This document shows, in pieces, positions 1 through 11,255 of a stretch of 64,000 nucleotides of DNA; position 1 is the first letter of the stretch, and every line of letters begins with the position of its first letter. A program made the position numbers and the translations under genes. Source of the DNA: Basidiobolus meristosporus CBS 931.73 (lineage: Eukaryota; Fungi; Basidiobolomycota); the NCBI GenBank assembly GCA_002104905.1, contig MCFE01000155.1, forward strand, positions 87,762 through 151,761, read 5' to 3'. Below the pieces are notes generated by a model. That model had not been told where the DNA came from. It did not search any database and saw only the letters and a program-made list of their open reading frames with translations.

Positions 1-532
1 ATTGGGAACTACCTCGAATGGGTAAAGTAGGTGCTTGAATATACAGTTTAGCCACATACCGATAGAGTGTCATCGTTAAATGGTATCTTCATTTGGAAGT
101 ATCAGGTATTCAGGAATAGATGAGCCAATCTAGCTGCAATGCAACTTAAACACTTTGTGGGCGTTTCGATTAAACTAATTGAACAATTAATCTAGATACC
201 AAGACTGGGTTTCCCTCAGCTTGCCACATGTGAAAAGCATGAGGCTTGGCGAGAACTTGATTGGCCACTGTTAAACTGTAAGTTGGCATTAGGAAATGGC
301 CATCCTTCGACATGGTAATATGGTTTCTCCTTAGAATACAGATTAGAGGACAATCTTTCCTAATCCGACTCAAGTTCTCTTTTGTAATATGGCATATATG
401 AAGCCATACTTCTATTATCCCTTATTTACCTCCATGTAGTTGGAAGTTCTCGAGCTCAAAAACCCATATTTTCCCCTTCAGATCCCTTTTCGTCCTGGAA
501 ACCCAATTTCGATGAATTGATATGCTTTCACT

Positions 533-1031
533 TCAAGGCGCCGCTCTGGTCGCATTCACTGCGCGATCTCTCACGTCAGAAAGATCAGCCAGTCGGTGGA
601 ATGATTCGCGACTAGTATCGCTATGCTACACAATCATGACAACTTTTGGGGCAATTGAATTCCACAGTAACACAGATCAAGCATGCATCTGTGTAACAAA
701 TACTCAGCCTATTCTACCTCTCACACAGACCAGTTGGCATATCGCCGTCTCATGTGCACCCATTCAAATGATCAGCTTGGATTTGGACTTCTATGGATTC
801 AAGCCACCTTTGAGCTTTGAGTTGGCGGCTAACCTTCATTTGGGGATGTTCTATAGAGTCCGGAAAGCAGCACCCTGTTTTTCCTGGGGTGTTAAGCTCA
901 GTGGCATGGACACCCGCTAATGAATGACGGATTTGACAGCAGCCCGTTAAGGGGGCGGCTCTTCTAATAATGATTAGATTGATTGATACTAATATTATAG
1001 AAGCGATGCTCCAGATTTTAACAAATGCCAT
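533..1031 (-). pseudogene. Probable decayed fourth expansin-like (DPBB) paralog, divergent from copy 1
   Basis: ATG at 1031 gives MAFVKIWSIASIILVSINLIIIRRAAPL, which resembles the signal peptide of copy 3 (MFNFKISVASIAIVALSALQMIETAPV). Collinear fragments follow across frames: GVHATELNTPGKTGCC (cf. GDATYYDPGLGSC), TSPNE (cf. TSSPNEL), VTVEFNCPKSCHD (cf. VKIVDKCPSCKHGD) and SDTSRESFHRLAD (cf. DLSPAAFDRIAD). Stops and frameshifts interrupt them. Confidence 0.5.
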
Positions 1032-1199
1032 TTTCGTGTAATTCCTGGTTATATATGCGGTAGCTACGCATCGAGATAGGTAAACCGTATTACTCTGAGC
1101 AGGAAGTAAGCCTATATCGAATTTAGTATTGACAAGATCGGGTACATGAGTCAGCTGTAAAGTAAGGAAATGCACCGCGTATCAGTCCAAACCCAAGAC

Positions 1200-1205
1200 T
1201 ATAAA
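1200..1205 (+). promoter_or_regulatory. TATA-like box of expansin-like copy 1
   Basis: TATAAA 106 nt upstream of ATG 1306. Copy 2 has TATATA at the same spacing (3146) and copy 3 has TATAAAA 99 nt upstream (5473). Confidence 0.5.
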
Positions 1206-1273
1206 GAGGCGAGGTTGCCAAGTCAAAAACTCGCACTTTACCTTCCTAGTTTTGATAACAGGGTTCTACATTT

Positions 1274-1985
1274 GCAACAAATTTGAAAATACCAATACTA
1301 TCATCATGACTGGATTCAAACTTTTCAACACCATGACCCTCTTGGTTGCTGCCCTGTCTGCTACTCAAGTCTACTCTGCTCCTGTTCAGAACGAAGCTGG
1401 CCTTCGTATGACCAAGCGCGCATCATTCACCGGAGATGCCACCTACTACGATCCTGGACTTGGATCCTGCGAGTTGACCTCCACCGCCAACGAGTTGATC
1501 GCCGCCTTGAATGCACCACAGTACGGCAGCTTCCCCCGTCCGAGCAACAGCCCGGCTTGCTCCAGCTGCGCCATGGTGCAAGGACCAAAGGGTAGCGTTA
1601 AGGTGAAGATTGTCGACAAGTGCCCATCCTGCAAGCATGGAGATCTCGACCTTAGCCCCGCCGCATTCGACAGAATCGCTGATCAGGCTCAAGGTCGCGT
1701 CACCATTACTTGGAGCTATGTCTCCTGCGGAGGTGGAAGCTCCGAGGCTCCCTCCAAGGACACTACTACGGATAAGAACGGTAGTGGATCCAAGGACCAA
1801 GAATCGGGAGATAAGAACACCTCTTCTGGCAGCAATCAAGAATCGGGTAACAAGGAAACTGTAGAGAAGCCCAAGAACGACGCTACTACTGGTAGTACCA
1901 ATAGCAGCAGCAGCTCGGGATCATCCTCTGGAAGCTGCAATTTCCACAGAAGATGTGTCAGTGCTGGACAAACCCCAGAATTCGA
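1274..1985 (+). repeat. Near-identical direct duplication, copy A (partner 3220-3931)
   Basis: 712 nt match 3220-3931 at an offset of 1946, with two substitutions found by eye (ggacca/gggcca and aacggt/aacgat). Confidence 0.95.
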
Positions 1986-2079
1986 AACCTGCGTTCATAA
2001 TCACATTAGAAAGCAAACATGCGCCAATGGCACCGTATGCAAGTCTAGTGGTGATGACATTATCTGCACATGGGCATAA
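1306..2079 (+). CDS. Secreted expansin-like/loosenin-like protein (RlpA-type double-psi beta-barrel), Ser/Thr/Gly linker and C-terminal 6-Cys module; copy 1
   Basis: Intronless ORF with a signal peptide and a KR processing site. It carries GDATYYDPGLGSC, VKIVDKCPSC and DLDLSPAAFDRIA motifs and ends with six Cys (CNFHRRC...C...C...C...CTWA). Confidence 0.92.
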   Translation: MTGFKLFNTMTLLVAALSATQVYSAPVQNEAGLRMTKRASFTGDATYYDPGLGSCELTSTANELIAALNAPQYGSFPRPSNSPACSSCAMVQGPKGSVKVKIVDKCPSCKHGDLDLSPAAFDRIADQAQGRVTITWSYVSCGGGSSEAPSKDTTTDKNGSGSKDQESGDKNTSSGSNQESGNKETVEKPKNDATTGSTNSSSSSGSSSGSCNFHRRCVSAGQTPEFETCVHNHIRKQTCANGTVCKSSGDDIICTWA

Positions 2080-3219
2080 GAAAAGGTGTTTCGCTAGCAG
2101 GTCTAGGTTTACACCAGAATTTCGATCCCTGTTCAATATTCCGATAGTGAATGAACAACAAATTCCACAGTGCAAACTATTCTTATCATTATTCATATCC
2201 CAGCTGTCAATAAAAATCACTACAAACCACACATTCCTAATTTCGTATTACCGATACCAGATGTCACATCCTAGAAATCCCCGACATTTCCAGCACTGCA
2301 TGAATCCTTATGGTTCAGTCTGGGGATACCGAGGATGGATATATAAATAAAATCTGCTCGATCTGTTGGGTATCTGGCCAGTGAAGCCTATCGTGGAGTT
2401 CTGGAATACTTTTCTGAGGTCACCCATTAGTTATAAGGAGAGATTCTGGATCGGGTGCCTGGCTGAATTCTCACAACAATTTATACGGTATATCTGACCC
2501 CGAAATGTTGAAGTACATACCAAACTGGAATATATATTATAGATCATCAAAGTATATATGAAATAGAGTGTCTTAGAATCTTAAATACATAGGTCGTGGA
2601 GGACTTTCGATCACAGTCACTTCCATTGTTTACCTATGATTGCGAATATATTAGGCAAAAAACGATAATTGGGCCAATGATTTTCGAAAGGATTTCATTT
2701 TTCATGAAATGACGAAATAGTACACATAAACACCTAATGTGGCCTAAATCGTTTTCGGTTCATTTGGCTATAAGGAAGCTGCAGCAATATTCCATGCATT
2801 CTCTCACAGCATTTCTTAGCTGCATCGATTTGGGCTGAATTCAGTGAGATGTATGAAAAGAGTGGTCTATTTGAACTCATTTAGAAATCTTTTGGAATCC
2901 TGTACATATCCAACATCTATGCCGAAGGCGAGAATAGATTCAGAGCTTGATGTTCATTCTGGTGCAATCAAGTCAAAACTTCAGCAGAAATTCTGCTCGA
3001 CGAATCCCTAATGTATCCTCTTAAGAGAATGCCTTATTCCGGATAGTGTATTCCAGGTAGGGTTCGGGTTTAGTTGAGCATCCAAATAGAGAGCAAGTGA
3101 GCTGGGTACCTTCTCAGTTTACTAAAAGCTTCAACAACGAAAAGGTATATAGAGACAGACGTTGGCAGTATTCAACTCACACTTCGCCTTCCTAGTTTTG
3201 ATAACAGGATCCTCTATTC

Positions 3220-3931
3220 GCAACAAATTTGAAAATACCAATACTATCATCATGACTGGATTCAAACTTTTCAACACCATGACCCTCTTGGTTGCTGCCC
3301 TGTCTGCTACTCAAGTCTACTCTGCTCCTGTTCAGAACGAAGCTGGCCTTCGTATGACCAAGCGCGCATCATTCACCGGAGATGCCACCTACTACGATCC
3401 TGGACTTGGATCCTGCGAGTTGACCTCCACCGCCAACGAGTTGATCGCCGCCTTGAATGCACCACAGTACGGCAGCTTCCCCCGTCCGAGCAACAGCCCG
3501 GCTTGCTCCAGCTGCGCCATGGTGCAAGGGCCAAAGGGTAGCGTTAAGGTGAAGATTGTCGACAAGTGCCCATCCTGCAAGCATGGAGATCTCGACCTTA
3601 GCCCCGCCGCATTCGACAGAATCGCTGATCAGGCTCAAGGTCGCGTCACCATTACTTGGAGCTATGTCTCCTGCGGAGGTGGAAGCTCCGAGGCTCCCTC
3701 CAAGGACACTACTACGGATAAGAACGATAGTGGATCCAAGGACCAAGAATCGGGAGATAAGAACACCTCTTCTGGCAGCAATCAAGAATCGGGTAACAAG
3801 GAAACTGTAGAGAAGCCCAAGAACGACGCTACTACTGGTAGTACCAATAGCAGCAGCAGCTCGGGATCATCCTCTGGAAGCTGCAATTTCCACAGAAGAT
3901 GTGTCAGTGCTGGACAAACCCCAGAATTCGA
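3220..3931 (+). repeat. Near-identical direct duplication, copy B (partner 1274-1985)
   Basis: Same sequence as 1274-1985. Near-identity ends abruptly after ccagaattcga. Confidence 0.95.
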
Positions 3932-4025
3932 GACTTGCGTTCATGGCAGCGTCAAAAAGCAAACATGTGCCCGTGGCACCGTATGTAAAGCAAGTGACTC
4001 AGATATTATCTGTACCTGGGCTTAG
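3252..4025 (+). CDS. Secreted expansin-like protein, copy 2
   Basis: Same architecture as copy 1. It differs by one linker residue and in the last ~31 codons (GSVKKQTCARGTVCKASDSDIICTWA). Confidence 0.92.
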   Translation: MTGFKLFNTMTLLVAALSATQVYSAPVQNEAGLRMTKRASFTGDATYYDPGLGSCELTSTANELIAALNAPQYGSFPRPSNSPACSSCAMVQGPKGSVKVKIVDKCPSCKHGDLDLSPAAFDRIADQAQGRVTITWSYVSCGGGSSEAPSKDTTTDKNDSGSKDQESGDKNTSSGSNQESGNKETVEKPKNDATTGSTNSSSSSGSSSGSCNFHRRCVSAGQTPEFETCVHGSVKKQTCARGTVCKASDSDIICTWA

Positions 4026-5571
4026 ACTACCATTTGTTTATCACATAAATAAACACGAGTCTTAACCATAAGATTAAATGAAATATCTCCTTATCGCACA
4101 CCGTGACAACAAGATGACGGACGGCTTGAACTGAAACAGATACTAGAGTAAAGATCTTGGGAGTGGATGCTAGCTATTAATCTCATTGGATTTGGTGTTT
4201 CCCTCCCAAGCTTAATGAATTTCCAGATCACCGAGGCGAGCAAGGCGTCTGGATGGCGGTTTAGTTGAAACCATTAAAACGAAGGTTTTGGGACTTTACG
4301 TAGGTGCATCTCACAGTTAATTATTATCACTGTATCAGATTTAAGACCTTAAATCGAAATCTGGAATTACTTTAGAACACCAAGTAACAGATAAGTATAT
4401 GCATTTTCAAACCAATCTATGCTTGATTGCAAACTCCTATTATGGCCGGTGATCGATGAGGTCTTCAGGACCACTATAAACTGCCATCAATATGTGATTA
4501 TATTTTGTTCTTGATGACTGCGCTCACGTTTGTAAGCATGATACCAAACAAAACTATATTTCAGTTACGTAGCTAGGAAAATTCATTTCAAGATCCGATT
4601 TTGTGCAACCTCAAGTTATCAATTCATCAAGGTTAGCATAGCTCGACTTCACTGATAAAGCAAATAGAATATGGCGCATTATAGAAATTTATCAGCATTT
4701 TGTTATCAATGACTCACAAAGGAAACTGGAGCCATTCCATGCATACTACTGGCCAGAAATCACCCACTTTCTGATGCCTCTTCGGAGTATCTACTTGATT
4801 TCCACAGCAGGATTGGCAATCGTGGCTTAAAATGCTTTCACTGGACTCAAACCAATCAAAAATCAAGGTCAGACACTCAATTTTATTTAGCTATTAATGA
4901 TTTTACCTATCTCTTGATTAATAGTGTTTAAGTTTCAGGCCGAGATCGTCACTGCTTTTTCCAAAAGCGAGAGGAACCATTACCATTCAAGCCCATTGCT
5001 TGTTATCGGTGTAATCTTCAGAACTCCCTAATGCACCCACCACCCCAATGCCAGCTTGCAAATAGGGTGGAATGTGGTTTACCAAAAAGCGTGCATGCAT
5101 GAGGATGCATGAGTCTACTCGCTACCATTACGATACTGGATACCAAATTGGCGGCCTAGTGCTGCGTATAGGAGGGGGAGAGCTTTGCTCGTTCCGGTTG
5201 CATATCATTATTGAATAAAAAATCATTTAATTCGACTTCTGGATAAACCTGATGATGCGAATTTAATATACATTTTTCATCAATGATAACATCGTCAATT
5301 GTGATCAAAGAGCATGAGTGTCAAAGAGTGTATGAGAATGGCATAGTCCCTTGTGCTCCCAAAATTCGTATGCTGTGCGAATGTAACCGGGGAAACAGCT
5401 AGTTTACTGGCGAAGTTAACTGGGAACTTCTATTTTCATGATTGTCAGTTGCCGTAGCATCGTTCCGTTCGATATAAAAGACCGCGCAACCGCCTTCTCT
5501 CAGTATTGTTCACTCACAATTCGAAGAGTACTGGCTACTTGCATTGATATACCCAAGAAATTATTTCAAAA

Positions 5572-6321
5572 ATGTTCAATTTCAAAATATCCGTTGCCTC
5601 CATTGCTATTGTCGCTCTTTCGGCTCTCCAGATGATTGAAACTGCCCCAGTCAACGTGCGGTCTGGTACTTCAATTTACAAGCGTGATGGATTCTCTGGA
5701 GAAGGTACTTACTATGACCCTGGCCTTGGATCTTGTGAAGTGACTTCCAGCCCAAATGAACTGATAGCCGCATTGAATGTTGCTCAATTTGGTTCTTATG
5801 CTCGCCCTAGTAACAGTCCAGCGTGCTCCAGCTGTGCTTTGGTACATGGACCACTAGGAAGCGTCCAAGTCAAGATTGTCGATATGTGTCCCGGCTGCAA
5901 GCATGGTGATCTTGATTTGAGCCCAGCTGCTTTCAATCGGATCGCTAAGCAAGCGGATGGACGTGTTCAAATTTCCTGGGAATATGTCAGTTGCGGTGGA
6001 GGTTCCCAACCCGAGAAACCTACCAAATCAGTAGCTGCCCCCAAGGAAACAGAAACCCAGGACCCCGCCCCCTCAACAAAACCCAAACCCACCAAAGATG
6101 TGAAACCCGTTGTCTCCCCAACCCCCACCAACAAGCCTGTCATCTCCAGTATTCCAAAGTCTGGTTCCGGAGCATGCACCTTCTCTGGTAGACGTTGCAC
6201 TAATCCTGGACAATCCGCTGAATTTGAGGGCTGTCTTCACGGTCGGCTGTACAAGCAGAGCTGCTCACATGGAACTGTTTGCAAAGGTGACTCGGGTGAC
6301 ATCGTTTGTACATGGGCCTGA
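5572..6321 (+). CDS. Secreted expansin-like protein, more diverged copy 3 with Pro/Thr/Lys linker
   Basis: Signal peptide, GEGTYYDPGLGSC, VKIVDMCPGC, DLDLSPAAFNRIA and the same 6-Cys terminal module ending CTWA. Confidence 0.92.
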   Translation: MFNFKISVASIAIVALSALQMIETAPVNVRSGTSIYKRDGFSGEGTYYDPGLGSCEVTSSPNELIAALNVAQFGSYARPSNSPACSSCALVHGPLGSVQVKIVDMCPGCKHGDLDLSPAAFNRIAKQADGRVQISWEYVSCGGGSQPEKPTKSVAAPKETETQDPAPSTKPKPTKDVKPVVSPTPTNKPVISSIPKSGSGACTFSGRRCTNPGQSAEFEGCLHGRLYKQSCSHGTVCKGDSGDIVCTWA

Positions 6322-6580
6322 GGCAATCATTTAAGTCCCCTTTACTTCCACCACGGAAATAGTTGAAAATCTTGAATGGAAAGTTGATATATCTGGCAAA
6401 GTCGACCTCCAAAGCAACATCCAATTCGGTTTTCAACATGGTTTGGAAGTTTCGTTTATTATATGTTCAGAAACGTAAATACTATAGTAAATATACAGTA
6501 AATAAATGATTTGACCTCAAATTTCATGTAAATTCAATTTCAGCCGGAGCTAGAAAATGACAATTCGGATTCACATTGAT

Positions 6581-7062
6581 TTAGCTTGTCGCAGGTGCAG
6601 AGGCTGTCAAGTTGGCCACTGTCAGCGTGAGATTGGCTTCTCTCATGGTGTAGCTGCGCTCTCTGCCATTGAAATAAGACGCGTTTGAGAACGCATTCAA
6701 TGTGTAATTCCCCTCCTCGAGGTCGTAACGCACCGGCCAAGTGAAACTTTCCCGCCATTCTCCTTGCACGTTTACTTGAGGATAGTGGACTGACCAGACG
6801 ACGCTTTGCTCCTTATTCACAAGCTGAACATTCAGAGCCTCGATTGCTGCCAGATCGGCGCGCTTTACAGCTATGTTGACCGCTAGCTGTTGGCCAGGAC
6901 TGATTGTACTGTTTGCACCAGGTGAGGTGATGATTATGTAATCTTTGAATTGGTCAGTATTAAAGGATAAGGATGATGTAACCAGAAATTACCAGCATAG
7001 ATCACTTTACTAAGCGTCAGGATAACAGAGAGGATAAACAGCACCGACTGGATCCACGCCAT
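6581..7062 (-). CDS. Small secreted protein (~143 aa) with a Kre9/Knh1-like Ig-fold start and no GPI tail; two exons, not recovered intact by the ORF track
   Basis: Exon 1 (7062-6993) is MAWIQSVLFILSVILTLSKVIYA. A 50-nt intron follows (GTAATT...TACTGAC...AAAG). Exon 2 (6942-6581) reads DYIIITSPGANSTISPGQQLAVNI..., and the total length is a multiple of 3. The family call rests only on the ITSP..G motif. Confidence 0.75.
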
Positions 7063-10000
7063 GATAATGTTGCTACGATAGCTATACAACGCCAGAGGGA
7101 AATGGAGGGTATTTATGATGGCAAGGAACTCCTACAAAAGTGAAGCCATTTGTTTTTGACGTTGTTGCTTCTTGGTTTTGAAAGTGGTGATCTGTCGAAG
7201 CTTAACCAAGCGGCTACCTGATTAAGTAACCCGCAGTCTTTATAAATAACAAACCATAAGCTACCCCTCCAAACAAATCATTCTGCTTAGTAGGACTCCG
7301 CATATCTCTTCGAATCCGGGTGTAAACCGTGCAGGGCATTTCGTATTTTTAGGACCAAGCGAGGTGCGGAGATCACAGAAATATTCCGAGAGTTGCACAT
7401 AGGCAGGCTCAATCATCGGATACAACCTACCTGACAACATTCCACACTCTTCGTCAGGATCCAACGCCATTTGCCAGTGTGGTTAGCAGGTGAACAATGA
7501 GTCAACTTGTCATCATTCATCCCACTTCCTGCTAATCAGCATCCCGAAACCCAACTTGATGTTGTGATTTGTACATCAGTGTTGTTGGCGTGAGATAATC
7601 AGGCGCACTAGCAGTTGAATCAGAACTGAATGGCATTGGTATTGACGTAAGGTTTGGGTGGATGGTGATGATCGCTCAGAACCCACAAATTTGATATTCC
7701 TTATTTGCTCAAGGAAAGGCAATGCTTGCTTGTGGATACTGTTTCAGCCAAACCCACCGGCGGCAACGGTTTGATAATAGCCAACCCCAAACTTGACAAA
7801 CACCATATCAAGATGGCCATCAAGGGCGGGCTCTGGATAAGTCTGCAATAGAAATGTAAGCCATTCACACCGGAGATGATACAGACCTGATCTAAGCCAA
7901 ACTCAATTCTAGGGTATCTATTCCTGGATAATGAGCTACAGAAAGGAAACTTCGAATTCGTATTTTTGAGAACCGCGTCACTCGGGAACCGATGCTGTGA
8001 TGAATAAAAGTGGCAGGTAACGCATAAAACCACCGAGATCCATTCTGGTCCAACCCTATCCCAGCGCGCAGAGGATGCAGGGTTTACCCCATTTTCACAT
8101 GAACTCATTGCATCACTGGATCTTTTGATTTTGAAATCGGGAAACTCGACATCCACACTTGGTGCTCCGTAGCTTCCACTCAGCGTGTCTATTTTTGACT
8201 TTCCTGCAAAAGGGATGTACTGGTTGTCAGGTTTAGCTCTCCAAAAAGATATTCGATAGCAATACCATATTAGTGAAGGTCCCATTCTTTCACCCATACG
8301 TGTCGTCTTTCCAGGGCCGAGACATGTAGTGCAAGGATGAAACAATGGTTCAAGTCTTCAAGGTTAAGTCTGGAAGAGAGTTGTCGTTTAGGTGGGCATT
8401 TGGGTAGAGGACTTCAAGTTGCATGCTAATTTGGATTATTCTCTGCCTATCGGTTTGCGTTACTTTTCAGCACTGTTGAGATTGATTTGTGTGCATGGAA
8501 AGCTTGAAGACTTTCTCGTGTCCTTCTGGATCTTTACCTTTACATATCAAGGAAGTGTACATCTATGGCATTTGTTGGTATCTATGCATGGCTTACACGA
8601 AACTCGGGATACATTTGGTATACCTTGCAATACGGCTACTGGGATATTTCGATTGGTCAGCAGACCAACTTTTCGGTATGCATAACAGAGGTTATATAAA
8701 TCACAGAATGCAAGCTATTCATCTCTATTACCATGCATATAGTTCATTACTCTATACAACCATTGGACCCCACTCAATATTATACATGAAAACATTCACA
8801 ATTCAACTCAACTACCTAGCTTTCTGATCACATGAGTAAAAAATACATCTTGAAATGCCCTATATCTCCTTGACTGGCAAAAATTGCTATTATATGCATC
8901 CTGATTTCATGGCAATTGACTGGAAATACACAGGTTTTGGTAGCCTTCATAGTTGGGTAAGTAGTAAAAAACACCGATATGCTCGAAGCGGCCCTCTTAC
9001 AACCTTTGACAAACTTCTTCCAATGGCTTTTGTCAGAAGCATAAAATATTATTTCACGACGAACTTTCACCTAAATACGCCAAATCGCCTCTGTGTTTCA
9101 TCGCACCAAAATGTGCCTTGGGATTTCAGCTACCTACTGTCAGAGGCCTCAGAGAATCGATTCACCTTCAGCTTTAGGCCTGCAGGTCTATTTAGGTTGC
9201 CTCCGAAGCAAATCGAAGAAGACTGCAGGTCCCTTGGATATTTCACCTAAAATTTTACAAAGGTGCCTATGACGTGGTATGAGTTCTATATAAGCCCATT
9301 GGGGAGAATATGGTGCGGAGCTTCTACTTCAGAGGCCTCTTCAGTAAAATTTCAGCTTCACTATCTTTTTAGTGTTACTACCATTCTGAAGAATTATTGA
9401 CTGGCAAGATATGCTCTGATGAGGCAGAAATATTTAGATGCAAAACTAGATATATGGTACGGTTTTTCTGCACCTTGTACTTGAGCATCTAGAATAACTA
9501 AACTTTATATGGAATTGATGATAACGGGTGTATGTCCTTTTTGTAGAGCTTCGCATCGTAATGACCGGCACATATCATGAATAGATATCCGCCAATTGCA
9601 ACCTTTATCTTTTCAATACTCTCACCACTAGGAGGATATGATAGAAGTGCTTGTAAAATACTTCACACTTTACCAATGTTTACAAAATGAACTTGGAGTT
9701 CGAAATCATGATATATTAATGATTATGTACAACACTTTAAAATGCAAAATCGCATATTCTGTTGACATTTACAATTATTTGGTTCCAATGTTCGTTAGAT
9801 GCCACTGTCGGAAACTCACTCTTAAACGTATTTGTAAAAACTGGACGACCTCGAATTTTGACACTACCCTTCCAAAAACCTCCACAAATATATAGATTCA
9901 AGTCAGACAAACCATGCCAATCTAGATATATTGGTCTTTAAGACTATCCTCACGATTTTAAAGAATTCTTGACCAAGAGTATTTTCAGTGATATAGTTGA

Positions 10001-10539
10001 AAATCGAGTCTTCAAAGCTCCACAACGTGGTAATATTGTTTTTCCATCAAGCTGCCTGGGTCCTTGTCAATGAGCTTAATTATCTACTGACCAAATTCTT
10101 GAACTTACATGGAATATCTGCTCGAAAATGTAAAGCACAATGAACATGATTTCTTCGATGTTATCTGTAGTATCTCAACCTGGCACTTACGTTTTGGAGC
10201 CTTCCTAGATACATACTCTACGCATTTGGTCTTCCAAGACCTTGTGGAAGTATGAATATGCCTTTTACATTAAATGAATCATTCAGTGAGAGCCAAACAA
10301 TATATTGATCCTCAGTAATTTTTGATTGACACCACTAGAATACCCTATGGAAATCAGTAGAAATCTAATTTGGATTAATTCAGTGTTGGGAATTAGGGAC
10401 CATGTCCAAGGAGTACATACACTACATCAGCTGTCATATGTGCTGTCGAAGTTTTGCAGATAGTGGCTGTATTTGGGAGAACCAGTAGACTTTATGGCTT
10501 TCACTCAATGATTTATTGAATGTAAAAGTGGTATTTATA

Positions 10540-10902
10540 CTTTTACAAGGTCTTGGCAAAACAAACACATAAAATATATCCAGGAAGGCCCCAAGGACAT
10601 GTGGACAAAGTATAGAGGCTTTTGGGCAGCTCTGAACATTCGCATGTTCTAGATGTCTGGTATTTTAGTATTCTAAGCCCCAACAAAGAGTTTAGACAAG
10701 AGATACTCAAGTTTATAAGCTGTGATCTGACTAAGTTGGTGGAATGTTTAGGTGTAATTACAAAATTTATAACCACTTTGAGATTTCCCATGCTCAAGGT
10801 ATTGTAGATTTCATATGTACACCTATATACTCCATGGTAAATTACAGAGCCAAGCTTCCAGCTTCCTGGGAAGTTGCGAATAGTATGTAGTTGCTCCATC
10901 AT
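10540..10902 (-). pseudogene. Possible heavily decayed protein kinase fragment
   Basis: Frame-hopping fragments WKLGSVIYHGVYRCTY (cf. subdomain I), KVVINF (cf. VAIK) and KLEYLLSKLFV...TKIPD (cf. LEYLHSKxFVHRDIKP). The spacing is too short for an intact kinase and there are many stops. Confidence 0.25.
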
Positions 10903-11255
10903 AAGATCTTATAGAAAAGGTATAAATACTCTCGCAAAATCCAATTTTAAAATATCTGATTGGGATAACAGTGTATATGGCTACTGGACCAAAGCCCAAT
11001 CAATTCTATTGCCTTTCTGCATCTTATAAAAACCAATCATGTAGCATGTCTCTTTCACACAACTGTAAGTAAATAGCGAAACTTCATTCAAGTGCCGACA
11101 GGAGCCACGAATAGTTCAAGATCTGCTCACTATACTTTGGAACACAAGTCAACAATGAAGTGCGTTTCTACCGGCTCATCGAAAAGTATTCGCATCTAGT
11201 GCCGGTTTCAAATATCCGGTAGGGTAATGATTTATTTGACAATGGCATCTGATGT

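Noticed and set aside
1423-1864. Overlapping antisense and alternate-frame ORFs over the expansin-like genes (also 3369-3810 and 5967-6334)
   Set aside because: They are shadows of the GC-richer real CDS, recur only because the CDS is duplicated, and have no motifs of their own.
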